From NCBI GenBank assembly GCA_963677435.1, contig OY781945.1, positions 1,952,001-2,016,000 on the forward strand: a DNA stretch of 64,000 nt, in the 5' to 3' direction. A program made the translations under genes and the position numbers. The notes beneath the pieces are model-generated. The model saw only the letters and a program-made list of their open reading frames with translations, was not told where the DNA came from and made no database searches. Shown here in pieces: positions 40,732 through 49,797 of the stretch; position 1 is the stretch's first letter; each line of letters begins with the position of its first letter. This stretch comes from an uncultured Aliarcobacter sp. (lineage in GTDB: Bacteria > Campylobacterota > Campylobacteria > Campylobacterales > Arcobacteraceae).

Positions 40732-42000
40732 ATGTCAAGTGTATGGAAAAATATCCCATTATGGCAAAAGATTCTAGGAGCATTAGTTCTAGGACTTATT
40801 ACAGGAATCGTTTTTGGTGAAAGTGCTCAAATATTAAAACCACTTGGAACACTATTTATTAATCTTATTAAGATGCTAATTGTGCCATTAGTTTTTGTTA
40901 CATTAGTAACTGGTATTATTGCAATGGAAGATTTAAAAAAAATGAGAAGAGTTGGAATTAAAACATTTCTAATCTATATTGTAACTACTGCTATTGCTAT
41001 TACTATTGGATTAATAGTTGGTATTGTTTTAGAACCAGGTGCAGGTGTGACATTAGATGCTGCAAAAAATATAGCTGTAACAAAAGCGCCAGCTTTAATA
41101 GATACACTATTAAATATCATCACTAAAAATCCTTTTTCAAGTTTTGCAAATGGTGATATATTACAAATTATCTTTTTTGCAATTATTCTGGGTGTTTCTA
41201 TCAATCTATCTGGTGATAAAGGCGAACCTGCAAAAAAATTCTTTAATTCTATTGCAGAAGCTATGTATAAAATGACTGAAATTGTAATGGGATTTGCACC
41301 ATTTGGAGTTTTTGCTTTAATGGCTTGGGTTTCTGCTTCTTATGGAATGGATGTATTATTAAGTTTAGGAAAAGTTATATTTGCTGTGTATTTAGCTTCT
41401 GTTATTCATCTATTATTTACAATTGGTGGAGCAATATCTATTTTTGCAAAACTAAATCCTATTAGATTCTTTAAAGGTATTGTAGCTGCTCAAACTGTTG
41501 CCTTTACAACAACAAGTAGTTCAGGAACATTACCAATCACTACGCAAAACTGTGTTAAAAACCTAGGTGTTTCAAAACCAGTAGCTAGTTTTGTTTTACC
41601 TCTTGGTGCAACTATAAATATGGATGGAACTGCACTTTATCAAGGTGTTTGTGCAATGTTTGTCGCTCAAGCATTTGGAATTCAATTAGGAATGCAAGAA
41701 TATATGATGATTATTCTAACTTCAACTTTAGCATCTATTGGAACAGCAGGAGTTCCAGGAGCTGGACTTATAATGCTTACATTAGTTTTAACATCTGTTG
41801 GATTACCAATTGAAGGTGTTGCAATAATTGCAGGAATCGATAGAATCTTAGATATGGCAAGAACAACTGTTAATGTAACAGGTGACGCTATGACTTCTGT
41901 ATTAATAGCAAAAAGTGAAAATGAGCTTGATGAAGAGATTTATAATGGTCATAAAGAACATGAAGAAGAGTTTATAGAAGTACAAACTGTAAAAGCTTAA
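40732..42000 (+). CDS. Dicarboxylate/amino acid:cation symporter (DAACS, GltP-like)
   Basis: TTSSSGTLP, GATINMDGTALY, DRILDMARTTVN. Confidence 0.94.
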   Translation: MSSVWKNIPLWQKILGALVLGLITGIVFGESAQILKPLGTLFINLIKMLIVPLVFVTLVTGIIAMEDLKKMRRVGIKTFLIYIVTTAIAITIGLIVGIVLEPGAGVTLDAAKNIAVTKAPALIDTLLNIITKNPFSSFANGDILQIIFFAIILGVSINLSGDKGEPAKKFFNSIAEAMYKMTEIVMGFAPFGVFALMAWVSASYGMDVLLSLGKVIFAVYLASVIHLLFTIGGAISIFAKLNPIRFFKGIVAAQTVAFTTTSSSGTLPITTQNCVKNLGVSKPVASFVLPLGATINMDGTALYQGVCAMFVAQAFGIQLGMQEYMMIILTSTLASIGTAGVPGAGLIMLTLVLTSVGLPIEGVAIIAGIDRILDMARTTVNVTGDAMTSVLIAKSENELDEEIYNGHKEHEEEFIEVQTVKA

Positions 42001-42027
42001 ATATAAAGAGGAAAAACCTCTTTATAT
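42001..42027. terminator. Bidirectional terminator hairpin
   Basis: ATATAAAGAGG/CCTCTTTATAT-type inverted repeat between convergent genes. Confidence 0.65.
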
Positions 42028-42695
42028 TATTTTACGATAATTCCTGCAAATCTTCCTGTTTTATTATCTTTTCTATAAGAGAAAAATGGTTCATCTGAAC
42101 ACTTCGTACAAACTTCTGATATTCGAATATTTCTAATTCCCACTTCTTCTAAAAGTTTTACATTGATTCCATGTAAATCTATATTTCTGCCTTTACAAAA
42201 TTTTTCTCCAAATGATGTTTTAACGATTCGAGCTAACTCCTCACTTACTTCATAACAACACTCATGAATACTTGGTCCCATAATTACTTTTATATTATTT
42301 GCATAACATCCTAACTCGTTCATCATTTTATTTGCTGTGATTTGTGCAATCTTTAAAAAAGTAGAATTTCTTCCAGCATGAACCGCTGCAATTACACCTT
42401 GTATCTCATCAAAAAACAAAATTGGAATACAATCAGCCACCATAACCATAAGTGGTAAATCTTTTTCTTTTGTAATTAATCCATCACAATTATCTATAAG
42501 TTTTGATGAGTTTTTATCTACTATTACTACATTATTTCCATGAATTTGATTCATATAAACCAAATCTTCATTTTTATAATCCATTTTTAAAGCTACAGCT
42601 TCTCTATTTTTGTCAACATTTTCTTTTATATCATTTACATGATAAGCTAAATTTCCATCTTCAGTTGTTGTAAAATAGTATTTAATTTGATTCAT
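42027..42695 (-). CDS. pgeF: Peptidoglycan editing factor / polyphenol oxidase family
   Basis: QIHG, VADCIP, HAGR, GPSI..CCYEV, FFSYR. Confidence 0.9.
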   Translation of the reverse strand: MNQIKYYFTTTEDGNLAYHVNDIKENVDKNREAVALKMDYKNEDLVYMNQIHGNNVVIVDKNSSKLIDNCDGLITKEKDLPLMVMVADCIPILFFDEIQGVIAAVHAGRNSTFLKIAQITANKMMNELGCYANNIKVIMGPSIHECCYEVSEELARIVKTSFGEKFCKGRNIDLHGINVKLLEEVGIRNIRISEVCTKCSDEPFFSYRKDNKTGRFAGIIVK

Positions 42696-42763
42696 AATTG
42701 CTCTTTTATTTGCTTTTGATATAATTTAGCGAAATATTAATGATTAATTGTTTAAGGATAGAT

Positions 42764-43372
42764 ATGAACAGATTTGATGAAGCAGCTAAAACTTGGGATA
42801 ATAAACAAACAAGTATCGATAGCTCAAACGCTTGTGTTGAAAATTTACAAAAACATGTAGTTATAAAAGAGAATGGGAACATTTTAGATTATGGTTGTGG
42901 AACTGGATTTATAGCCTTTGCATTAAGCACAGATAAAAACAATGTTTTAGGAATGGATTATTCAGATGGCATGGTAGATAGATTTAATGAAAAAGCAAAA
43001 GAGCTAAATTTTGACAATATCAAAGCTGTAAAACACAATATGAATGAAGATGAAATTTCAAAGAACTCTTATGATTTATTTATCTCATCAATGACTATGC
43101 ACCATATCAAAGATACAAATATGTTTGCACAAAAAGCTTATGACTCCTTAGTAAATGGTGGATATGTTTGTATTAATGACCTAGAAAAAGAGGATGGGAC
43201 TTTCCATGAAAAACATAAAAATGACGGAGTTGAACACTTCGGATATGAAATAAATGATGTAAAAAAAATCTTTGAAGATGTAGGTTTCAAAATCATTTCT
43301 TGTGATACAGTTTATATACATGAAAGAAATGAAAAAGAGTATCCACTTTTTAATCTAATAGCACAAAAATAA
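42764..43372 (+). CDS. Class I SAM-dependent methyltransferase
   Basis: LDYGCGTG motif I, MTMHH; start placed at MNRFD behind AAGGA. Confidence 0.88.
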   Translation: MNRFDEAAKTWDNKQTSIDSSNACVENLQKHVVIKENGNILDYGCGTGFIAFALSTDKNNVLGMDYSDGMVDRFNEKAKELNFDNIKAVKHNMNEDEISKNSYDLFISSMTMHHIKDTNMFAQKAYDSLVNGGYVCINDLEKEDGTFHEKHKNDGVEHFGYEINDVKKIFEDVGFKIISCDTVYIHERNEKEYPLFNLIAQK

Positions 43373-43382
43373 AAGGAAATAA

Positions 43383-44177
43383 ATGTCAGAAAAATTTGCA
43401 ATATTTGGAAATCCAGTTGCTCACTCAAAATCACCACAAATGCAAAATGCAGGATTAAATCATATAAATTTTGATGGAAATTATGAAAAGCATCATCTAG
43501 AAAATGGAAATGAAATCAAAAAAGCTTTTTTAGACTCAAACTACAAAGGCGCAAATATAACAGTTCCACACAAAGAGTTTGCCTACGAAAATGCTGATGA
43601 GGTAAGAGGATTAGCAAAAGAGATAAAAGCTGTAAATACTTACATTCTAGAAGATGGAAAAGTAATAGCATATAATACTGATGCACCAGGATTTTTAAAA
43701 GCAATAGAGAGTTTTGGAACTATAAAAAATGTACTTCTTTTAGGAGCAGGAGGAACTGCAAAAGCAATCGCCCTAGCCTTAAAATCAAAAGATATAAATG
43801 TAACTGTATTAAATAGAAGTGAAGGGAAACTAGAATTTTTCAAACAACATCAAATTCCATGTTTTTCATGGGAAAATTTTGAACCACAAAATTATGACTT
43901 AGTTGTAAACTCAACAAGTGCTGGATTAAAAGATGAATATTTACCTTGTGATAAAAAAATCCTAGAAACAGTTTTTAAAAAAGCCTCTTTTTCCTTTGAT
44001 TGTGTGTATGGAAAAATCACACCATTTTTAGCACTTGCAAGTGAAAATGGACTTGAAATAAAAGACGGGGAAGATATGCTACTTTTTCAAGGTGTTTTAG
44101 CTTTTGAATACTTTACAAATACAAAAGCCGATAAAAGCTTAGTTGAAGCCATGAGAAAAGGTTTAAAAGGAGAATGA
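43383..44177 (+). CDS. aroE: Shikimate dehydrogenase
   Basis: GNPVAHSKSP, NITVPHK, NTDAPG, GAGGTA. Confidence 0.95.
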   Translation: MSEKFAIFGNPVAHSKSPQMQNAGLNHINFDGNYEKHHLENGNEIKKAFLDSNYKGANITVPHKEFAYENADEVRGLAKEIKAVNTYILEDGKVIAYNTDAPGFLKAIESFGTIKNVLLLGAGGTAKAIALALKSKDINVTVLNRSEGKLEFFKQHQIPCFSWENFEPQNYDLVVNSTSAGLKDEYLPCDKKILETVFKKASFSFDCVYGKITPFLALASENGLEIKDGEDMLLFQGVLAFEYFTNTKADKSLVEAMRKGLKGE

Positions 44178-44264
44178 ATTTTCTTCTTTTAATTTTTAAA
44201 CCTATATTTATCAAAAATTAAACTATAATTTCAATATAAATTACAAAAATATTAGAAGTTCAAA

Positions 44265-44435
44265 ATGAAAAAAGTAACAAAACTTTGTGGAACTAAAAAA
44301 AGTTATATTATCTTACCCTTGGATGATAAAATAACATTTACACAAATCTATGTTTGTAACAAGTGTAAAAGAATTTCAAAAGAAAAAATTCTTTTATGTT
44401 ATCCTGAACTAAAAAATGAAAAAGATTTAATTTAA
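44265..44435 (+). CDS. Small 56-aa Cys-containing protein not in the ORF track
   Basis: MKKVTKLCG...YVCNKCKRISKEKILLCYP..., four Cys including CxxC. Confidence 0.55.
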   Translation: MKKVTKLCGTKKSYIILPLDDKITFTQIYVCNKCKRISKEKILLCYPELKNEKDLI

Positions 44436-44833
44436 TAATTATAAAATGAGCCCCATAATTCATTCATTTTAAAACTATATTTGTAAAGTGCAAAAAACCA
44501 AGGAAATAGTAAAATAGTAAATGCGAAATAACTTAAATTTTTAAGAAAAATATAGTTATATTCAAATAAAAGATAATTTGTTAAATCTACTAAAATAAGA
44601 AAAAAGAAAAATATCCATAATTCTCTAAAAAAATATCTTTTTTTATTGATATATCCTCTAATTCCAAATAAAGAAACAAGAATAATCATCAAAAATGAAA
44701 TGTCATACATTTTTGAATACTTATTTCCAATTAAAATAGAATCTTCGTTCAAAACTGTAAATCCAAATATAAATATAAAACAAAGTAACATAACCCAAAA
44801 ATAAATTTCCCAAAAAATATTTGTCTTATTCAT
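44432..44833 (-). CDS. Hypothetical integral membrane protein
   Basis: About four hydrophobic segments. Confidence 0.6.
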   Translation of the reverse strand: MNKTNIFWEIYFWVMLLCFIFIFGFTVLNEDSILIGNKYSKMYDISFLMIILVSLFGIRGYINKKRYFFRELWIFFFFLILVDLTNYLLFEYNYIFLKNLSYFAFTILLFPWFFALYKYSFKMNELWGSFYNY

Positions 44834-44871
44834 TTAGTTTCCCATATATGTTTAATCTTTATAAAGTGAAT

Positions 44872-44905
44872 ATGTTAACAAAATTGTGTCACAAATTGTG
44901 TCACA
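44872..44905 (-). promoter_or_regulatory. Direct repeat TGTGACA-N5-TGTGACA-N9-TAACAT
   Basis: Same repeat and spacing as 26606-26639. Confidence 0.45.
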
Positions 44906-45013
44906 AAATATTTAATATAATAATTTTTGATTATTTTCCATCTATTTGCTATAATGAGACAATTTCTAAAATAGATATTATTAAATTTAAACTAAAAAAG
45001 AAAGGCAATAAAA

Positions 45014-45664
45014 TTGAAAAGAAAATTTCAGATTAAAAAAATTTCAGATTACGCAATGGTAGGTGGATTGGGTGCTTTACTTGTAGTTGGATTAGTTGGA
45101 TGTGATGACAAATCAAAAGACAATCAACAAAATCAAGGTCAAAATGATGCTTTTACAAATGCTAGTCAAAAACAAAATGCTTTTGTTATTATAGAAGAAT
45201 CAGTAGATGGTAAATACAAAATAGCAGATGAATTTCCAGCTTCAAAAACTACAATAGTCTTAAGAAAACCAGATGGAACAGAAAGAATTTTAACTCAAGA
45301 AGAAATCGATAAATTAGTAAAAGAAGAAGAAGCAAAAATTGATGCAGGAACTTCACCTCTTACAAATCCAAATGCACAAGTATCAGATGGGGGAATGGGA
45401 CTTGGTGGAGTTTTATTATCTTCAATTGCAGGTGCAATGGTTGGTTCTTGGCTTGGAAATAAATTATTTAATAATCAAAACTTTCAAAATCAAAGACAAA
45501 CTCAATATAAATCACCTCAAACATATAGTAAATCACAAAGTTCATTTACAAAATCTCCTGCAACTACAGGTACAAATTCATCAACTAAAAAAAGTGGTTT
45601 TTTTGGTGGAAGCAATAGTTCAACTACATCAAAATCAACTTCATCTTCTAGTTTTGGGAGCTAA
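45014..45664 (+). CDS. UPF0323-type lipoprotein
   Basis: LVGC lipobox, Gly-rich hydrophobic stretch, S/T-rich tail with SGFFG; adjacent to GSP synthase gene. Confidence 0.8.
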   Translation: MKRKFQIKKISDYAMVGGLGALLVVGLVGCDDKSKDNQQNQGQNDAFTNASQKQNAFVIIEESVDGKYKIADEFPASKTTIVLRKPDGTERILTQEEIDKLVKEEEAKIDAGTSPLTNPNAQVSDGGMGLGGVLLSSIAGAMVGSWLGNKLFNNQNFQNQRQTQYKSPQTYSKSQSSFTKSPATTGTNSSTKKSGFFGGSNSSTTSKSTSSSSFGS

Positions 45665-45667
45665 TAA

Positions 45668-46846
45668 ATGCAATTAGAAAAATTAAAACCTTTAAGTGAT
45701 GAATACTTAGAATCAATAGGGTTTGTCTGGCATACAGATAGTGATAATTCATCTTATGTTAGTGATGAAATTGTACTAATAAGTGAAGATCAAGCAAATG
45801 CTTTTTATGAGGCAACAAATGAACTTTATGATATGTTTGCCCAAGCTGGTGAATATGTAATAGAGAATGACTTATTCCATGAAATAAATATACCTTTTAA
45901 TCTAATTGAAGTTATAAAAGAATCTTGGGAAAATGAAGTTCATTGGCATTTATATTCAAGATTTGATTTAGCAGGTGGAATAGATGGAAAACCTATAAAA
46001 TTAATTGAATTTAATGCAGATACTCCTACTTCTTTATTTGAAACTGCAATTATTCAATGGGCAATGTTAAAAGCAAATGGCTTAAATGAAGCTAGTCAAT
46101 TTAATAACCTTTATGATGCTTTAAAAGACAATTTCAAAAGAATTATTACTTTAAATGATGACTTAGAAAAATTCGAAGAGTATTACTCAGGTCTTGGTTG
46201 GAAAATACTATTTAGCTCAATTTCAAGCTCAAGTGAAGATATAAATACAACAAAACTTTTACAACATATCGCAAGTGAAGCTGGATTTAACACTGATTTT
46301 GAATTTATTGAAAATGTTCAATTTAGTGATGATGGTATTTTCAAAGATGATGAACTTTTTGAATTTTGGTTTAAACTAATTCCATGGGAAAATATCGCTA
46401 TTGAAGAGAGTGAATTAGCATTAATTTTAACAGAAATCATAAAAGAGAAAAAAGCAATTATTTTTAATCCAGCGTATACATTGATGTTCCAATCAAAAGG
46501 ATTTATGAAGATTTTATGGGATTTATACCCAAATCATCCTTTATTACTTGAAACTTCATTTGAACCTTTAGTTGGAAAAAAACAAGTTGAAAAAAGATGT
46601 TTTGGAAGAGAAGGTGCAAATACAAAAATTATAAATAGTGATGGTTCAATTGATCAAGAAACATTAGGTGATTATGAAGGTCATAAAGCTATTTATCAAG
46701 AGTTTGTAGAATTTCCTAAAGATTTAAATGGAAACTATTATCAAGCGGGAGTATTTTTTGCTTATGAAGCTTGTGCCTTAGGATTTAGAAGAGGTGGAAA
46801 AATATTAAATAACATGTCTAAATTTGTAGGACATATTATAAAATAA
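45668..46846 (+). CDS. Glutathionylspermidine synthase family (ATP-grasp) protein
   Basis: RFDL, EFNADTPTSLFE, FKLIPWE, FGREGAN. Confidence 0.92.
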   Translation: MQLEKLKPLSDEYLESIGFVWHTDSDNSSYVSDEIVLISEDQANAFYEATNELYDMFAQAGEYVIENDLFHEINIPFNLIEVIKESWENEVHWHLYSRFDLAGGIDGKPIKLIEFNADTPTSLFETAIIQWAMLKANGLNEASQFNNLYDALKDNFKRIITLNDDLEKFEEYYSGLGWKILFSSISSSSEDINTTKLLQHIASEAGFNTDFEFIENVQFSDDGIFKDDELFEFWFKLIPWENIAIEESELALILTEIIKEKKAIIFNPAYTLMFQSKGFMKILWDLYPNHPLLLETSFEPLVGKKQVEKRCFGREGANTKIINSDGSIDQETLGDYEGHKAIYQEFVEFPKDLNGNYYQAGVFFAYEACALGFRRGGKILNNMSKFVGHIIK

Positions 46847-46868
46847 AACAACTCGTACGAAAAAAGAT

Positions 46869-47234
46869 TTATCTAATAAATCTTTTTTCTATCTCTTCAG
46901 CACTTAATTCAATATTATCTTCATTTAAAAAACCATAAAAATAACTATCAACATCAGTAAGAACTTCAATCACTAAAATATTTTTACCATCATAATTTTT
47001 AACAAATTTTTCAATAGCTTCAAGGGCAGAATCATCCCAGTATTTTTCAATCTCATCATTGTTTCCAACATCACAAAACAAACAATCTTCACACATTGAA
47101 AATAAGTACTTCCCAGCACCTTCATAAATTTCAAATGAATTATTTTCATTATCTAATTTCTCATTTGTAAAAGGACAATGTAAACTAAATTTACTTATAT
47201 TCTTAGGTTTTATAACAACTTTATTCAAAATCAA
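46869..47234 (-). CDS. Hypothetical acidic protein
   Basis: ORF with AAGGA RBS and TTG start; CPFT and CEDC. Confidence 0.65.
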   Translation of the reverse strand: MILNKVVIKPKNISKFSLHCPFTNEKLDNENNSFEIYEGAGKYLFSMCEDCLFCDVGNNDEIEKYWDDSALEAIEKFVKNYDGKNILVIEVLTDVDSYFYGFLNEDNIELSAEEIEKRFIR

Positions 47235-47635
47235 TCCTTATTTATTGGCATTATATTTGCCACTCTATTTTTAATTGCGCAATTATACAATTTTAAAATT
47301 TGTTTTGGAATAATGTGAGGAATTTTAGGAAATTAGTATATAGGAAATTTGGATTATTTATAGTTAGTTAGGTAAACCAATAAGCTGTATTTGAAAATCT
47401 TAATAAGCCCTATTTTTTAGTATTAATTAAAGTTTATAATTTTAAATCACACGGTTTTAAACACGATATTTTTTTTATTAGATACTTTTATACTTAACAA
47501 TTTTAAGTTTTTCTTTCCTTTATTTTATCTCTATTTTATTAATCTAATTCTAAAATAACTATATATTCTTTTTATTTTACATTTTTCAAGAGATATGATA
47601 CAATACTACATAAAAAAACAAAGGAAAAAGTTATC

Positions 47636-47782
47636 ATGGCATTATCAATTAAAAACGATAAAGTTATTACTATTGTTCCACCGAAAAAGCTTTCAAATAC
47701 TGAAAGAGATAAATTAGTTAATACACCAGTAAATACTAAATTAATTAAAAAAGCAACTTCTAGAAAATATAATATCGTATAG
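47636..47782 (+). CDS. 48-aa putative antitoxin not in the ORF track
   Basis: AAGGA RBS; MALSIKNDKVITIVPPKKLSNTERDKLVNTPVNTKLIKKATSRKYNIV; ends 7 nt before the GNAT gene. Confidence 0.6.
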   Translation: MALSIKNDKVITIVPPKKLSNTERDKLVNTPVNTKLIKKATSRKYNIV

Positions 47783-47789
47783 TATCAAC

Positions 47790-48269
47790 TTGATAGAAAT
47801 TAAAAAATATAATAGTATTACTACTGAATACCAACTATTTAAAAAACTCTTAGAATCTTTAGAACTTTCAGACTCACTAGAACAAAAACACAGAGAAACA
47901 CTTTTTATAAAAGATATTTGTAAAAGAGTAGAAAAATCAAAAACAGTTCTTTATGTATTAAAAAAAAATAATGAAAAATTAGGTCTTATTTCTATCTCTT
48001 CAACTTCAATAGAAGATTTCCCAGCTTTACAAATTGATTTCTTATTTGTAAGTAAAAAATATAGAGGTTTAGTTTTAGAAGAATTAGACAATGTAAAAAC
48101 ATCAGAATATTTAATCGAATTAGTTATTTCAATCGCAAAAGATATTCAAGAGAATATAGGTTTAAAATATATAGTTCTTTTACCTGACAACAAAGATTTA
48201 GAAAAAATATATAAAGAACTTAATTTTAATAAATTAAATAAAACTGGTTGGATGTTTATTTCTATTTAA
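47790..48269 (+). CDS. GNAT-fold acetyltransferase, TacT/AtaT-like toxin candidate
   Basis: PALQIDFLFVSKKYRG, IGLKYIVL, LEKIYKELNF. Confidence 0.65.
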   Translation: MIEIKKYNSITTEYQLFKKLLESLELSDSLEQKHRETLFIKDICKRVEKSKTVLYVLKKNNEKLGLISISSTSIEDFPALQIDFLFVSKKYRGLVLEELDNVKTSEYLIELVISIAKDIQENIGLKYIVLLPDNKDLEKIYKELNFNKLNKTGWMFISI

Positions 48270-48468
48270 TAATTTGTGTTAAAAAAATTCAGTAATTTTT
48301 GCCTTTTGTCTTTTCTATTTTGTTTTTTCAAATTATCTCTTTTGTTGTTAACTATCTCCTGTTTTTCTTGCTTCTTTTAAGTTTTATCCATATCAAAATA
48401 ATCTTTTTTCAATCAAGTTTTAGATATAATACCTTCAATTAAATACTATAAAAAAGATATAACAAATT

Positions 48469-49797
48469 ATGAAAATAGCAGAACAAACAATTGAAAAATT
48501 AAAAGAACAATATTTCTTAGATAACCGCCCATGGGTAGTTACATACTCAGGTGGTAAAGACTCGACAACAGTATTACATTTAGTAATAACCATGTTACAA
48601 CAATTACATAAAGAAGGAAAAGATAATAAACATGTTTATGTTGTTTCTTCTGATACAACAGTTGAAATGCCAGTTATTGAGAACTATACAAATACAAGAT
48701 TAAACCAAATTACAAAATTTGCAAATGAATCAGATTTAAAAATTTCTTGTCATAAACTTGAACCAAAATTAGATGAATCATTTTGGACTTTATTATTAGG
48801 TAAAGGTTATCCTGCTCCTACAAGTTCATTTAGATGGTGTACAGAAAGAATGAAAATTGATCCTGCAACAGAATTCTTAAAAGGATTAGTTAATAAACAT
48901 CAATCTATTCTTATGCTTCTAGGAGTAAGAACAGATGAATCTCAAGCTAGAGCTATTTCAATTGAAGGAAGAGTTCTTAATCATAGAGGTTTATCTGTAC
49001 ATGATAGTATTCCAAATGCTTATGTTTTATCACCTATAAAATATTGGACAAATGCAGAAGTTTGGAGTTATTTAGCTAAGAATCCTTTCCCTTGGGGTGA
49101 TCACTCATATATGATGAGCCTATATGATAAAGGTTCAGGAGAAGGTGATTGTAATATTGCCTTGAATCCAGAATCTCCTTCATGCGGTAAAACTAGATTT
49201 GGTTGCTGGGTTTGTACAGTTGTTGAAACTGACCGTTCAATGGAAGGTATGCTTAGAAATGGTGAAGAATGGATGCTTCCATTATGGGAATATAGAGAAA
49301 AACTTTATAAATATAGAAATGATTTAGAAAAAAGAGACACAAGAAGAAGAAATGGTCAAGTAGGTGCTGGTCCTTTTCTAATGGAAACAAGAAAAGAACT
49401 TCTAAAAGAACTTTTAAGAGCAGAAGTTAATGTTAATCTAAATTATCATAAATTAAAAAAAGATGCATCAGATTATAAACCTAATGAAAAAATTGGTCTT
49501 ATAAAAGATGATGAAATTGAATTAATTCAACGTAATTGGAATTACGATGGAGATATTTCAAATACAGCATATAGAATATCTCAAGAATTTAATAGAATGA
49601 TGTCTAAAACTTTGACTACTGAGCTAAGAGAGGATTTAGAAAGTATAGAAGAAGATAATTTCAATATTGATTTATTCGAAAGAATTATTGAAACTCAAGC
49701 TTATAGAAAAAATATTTCTAATAGATATGGAATATTGAATGATATTGAAAAAAGAGTTGTAGATTTTTATAAAGGTGAATTTCGTGAAGTTAACTAG
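48469..49797 (+). CDS. dndC: DNA phosphorothioation sulfurtransferase DndC (PAPS-reductase family)
   Basis: PWVVTYSGGKDST, SDTTVEMP, GKGYPAP..FRWCTERMKIDP, GVRTDES, SCG.TRFGCWVCTVV. Confidence 0.9.
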   Translation: MKIAEQTIEKLKEQYFLDNRPWVVTYSGGKDSTTVLHLVITMLQQLHKEGKDNKHVYVVSSDTTVEMPVIENYTNTRLNQITKFANESDLKISCHKLEPKLDESFWTLLLGKGYPAPTSSFRWCTERMKIDPATEFLKGLVNKHQSILMLLGVRTDESQARAISIEGRVLNHRGLSVHDSIPNAYVLSPIKYWTNAEVWSYLAKNPFPWGDHSYMMSLYDKGSGEGDCNIALNPESPSCGKTRFGCWVCTVVETDRSMEGMLRNGEEWMLPLWEYREKLYKYRNDLEKRDTRRRNGQVGAGPFLMETRKELLKELLRAEVNVNLNYHKLKKDASDYKPNEKIGLIKDDEIELIQRNWNYDGDISNTAYRISQEFNRMMSKTLTTELREDLESIEEDNFNIDLFERIIETQAYRKNISNRYGILNDIEKRVVDFYKGEFREVN

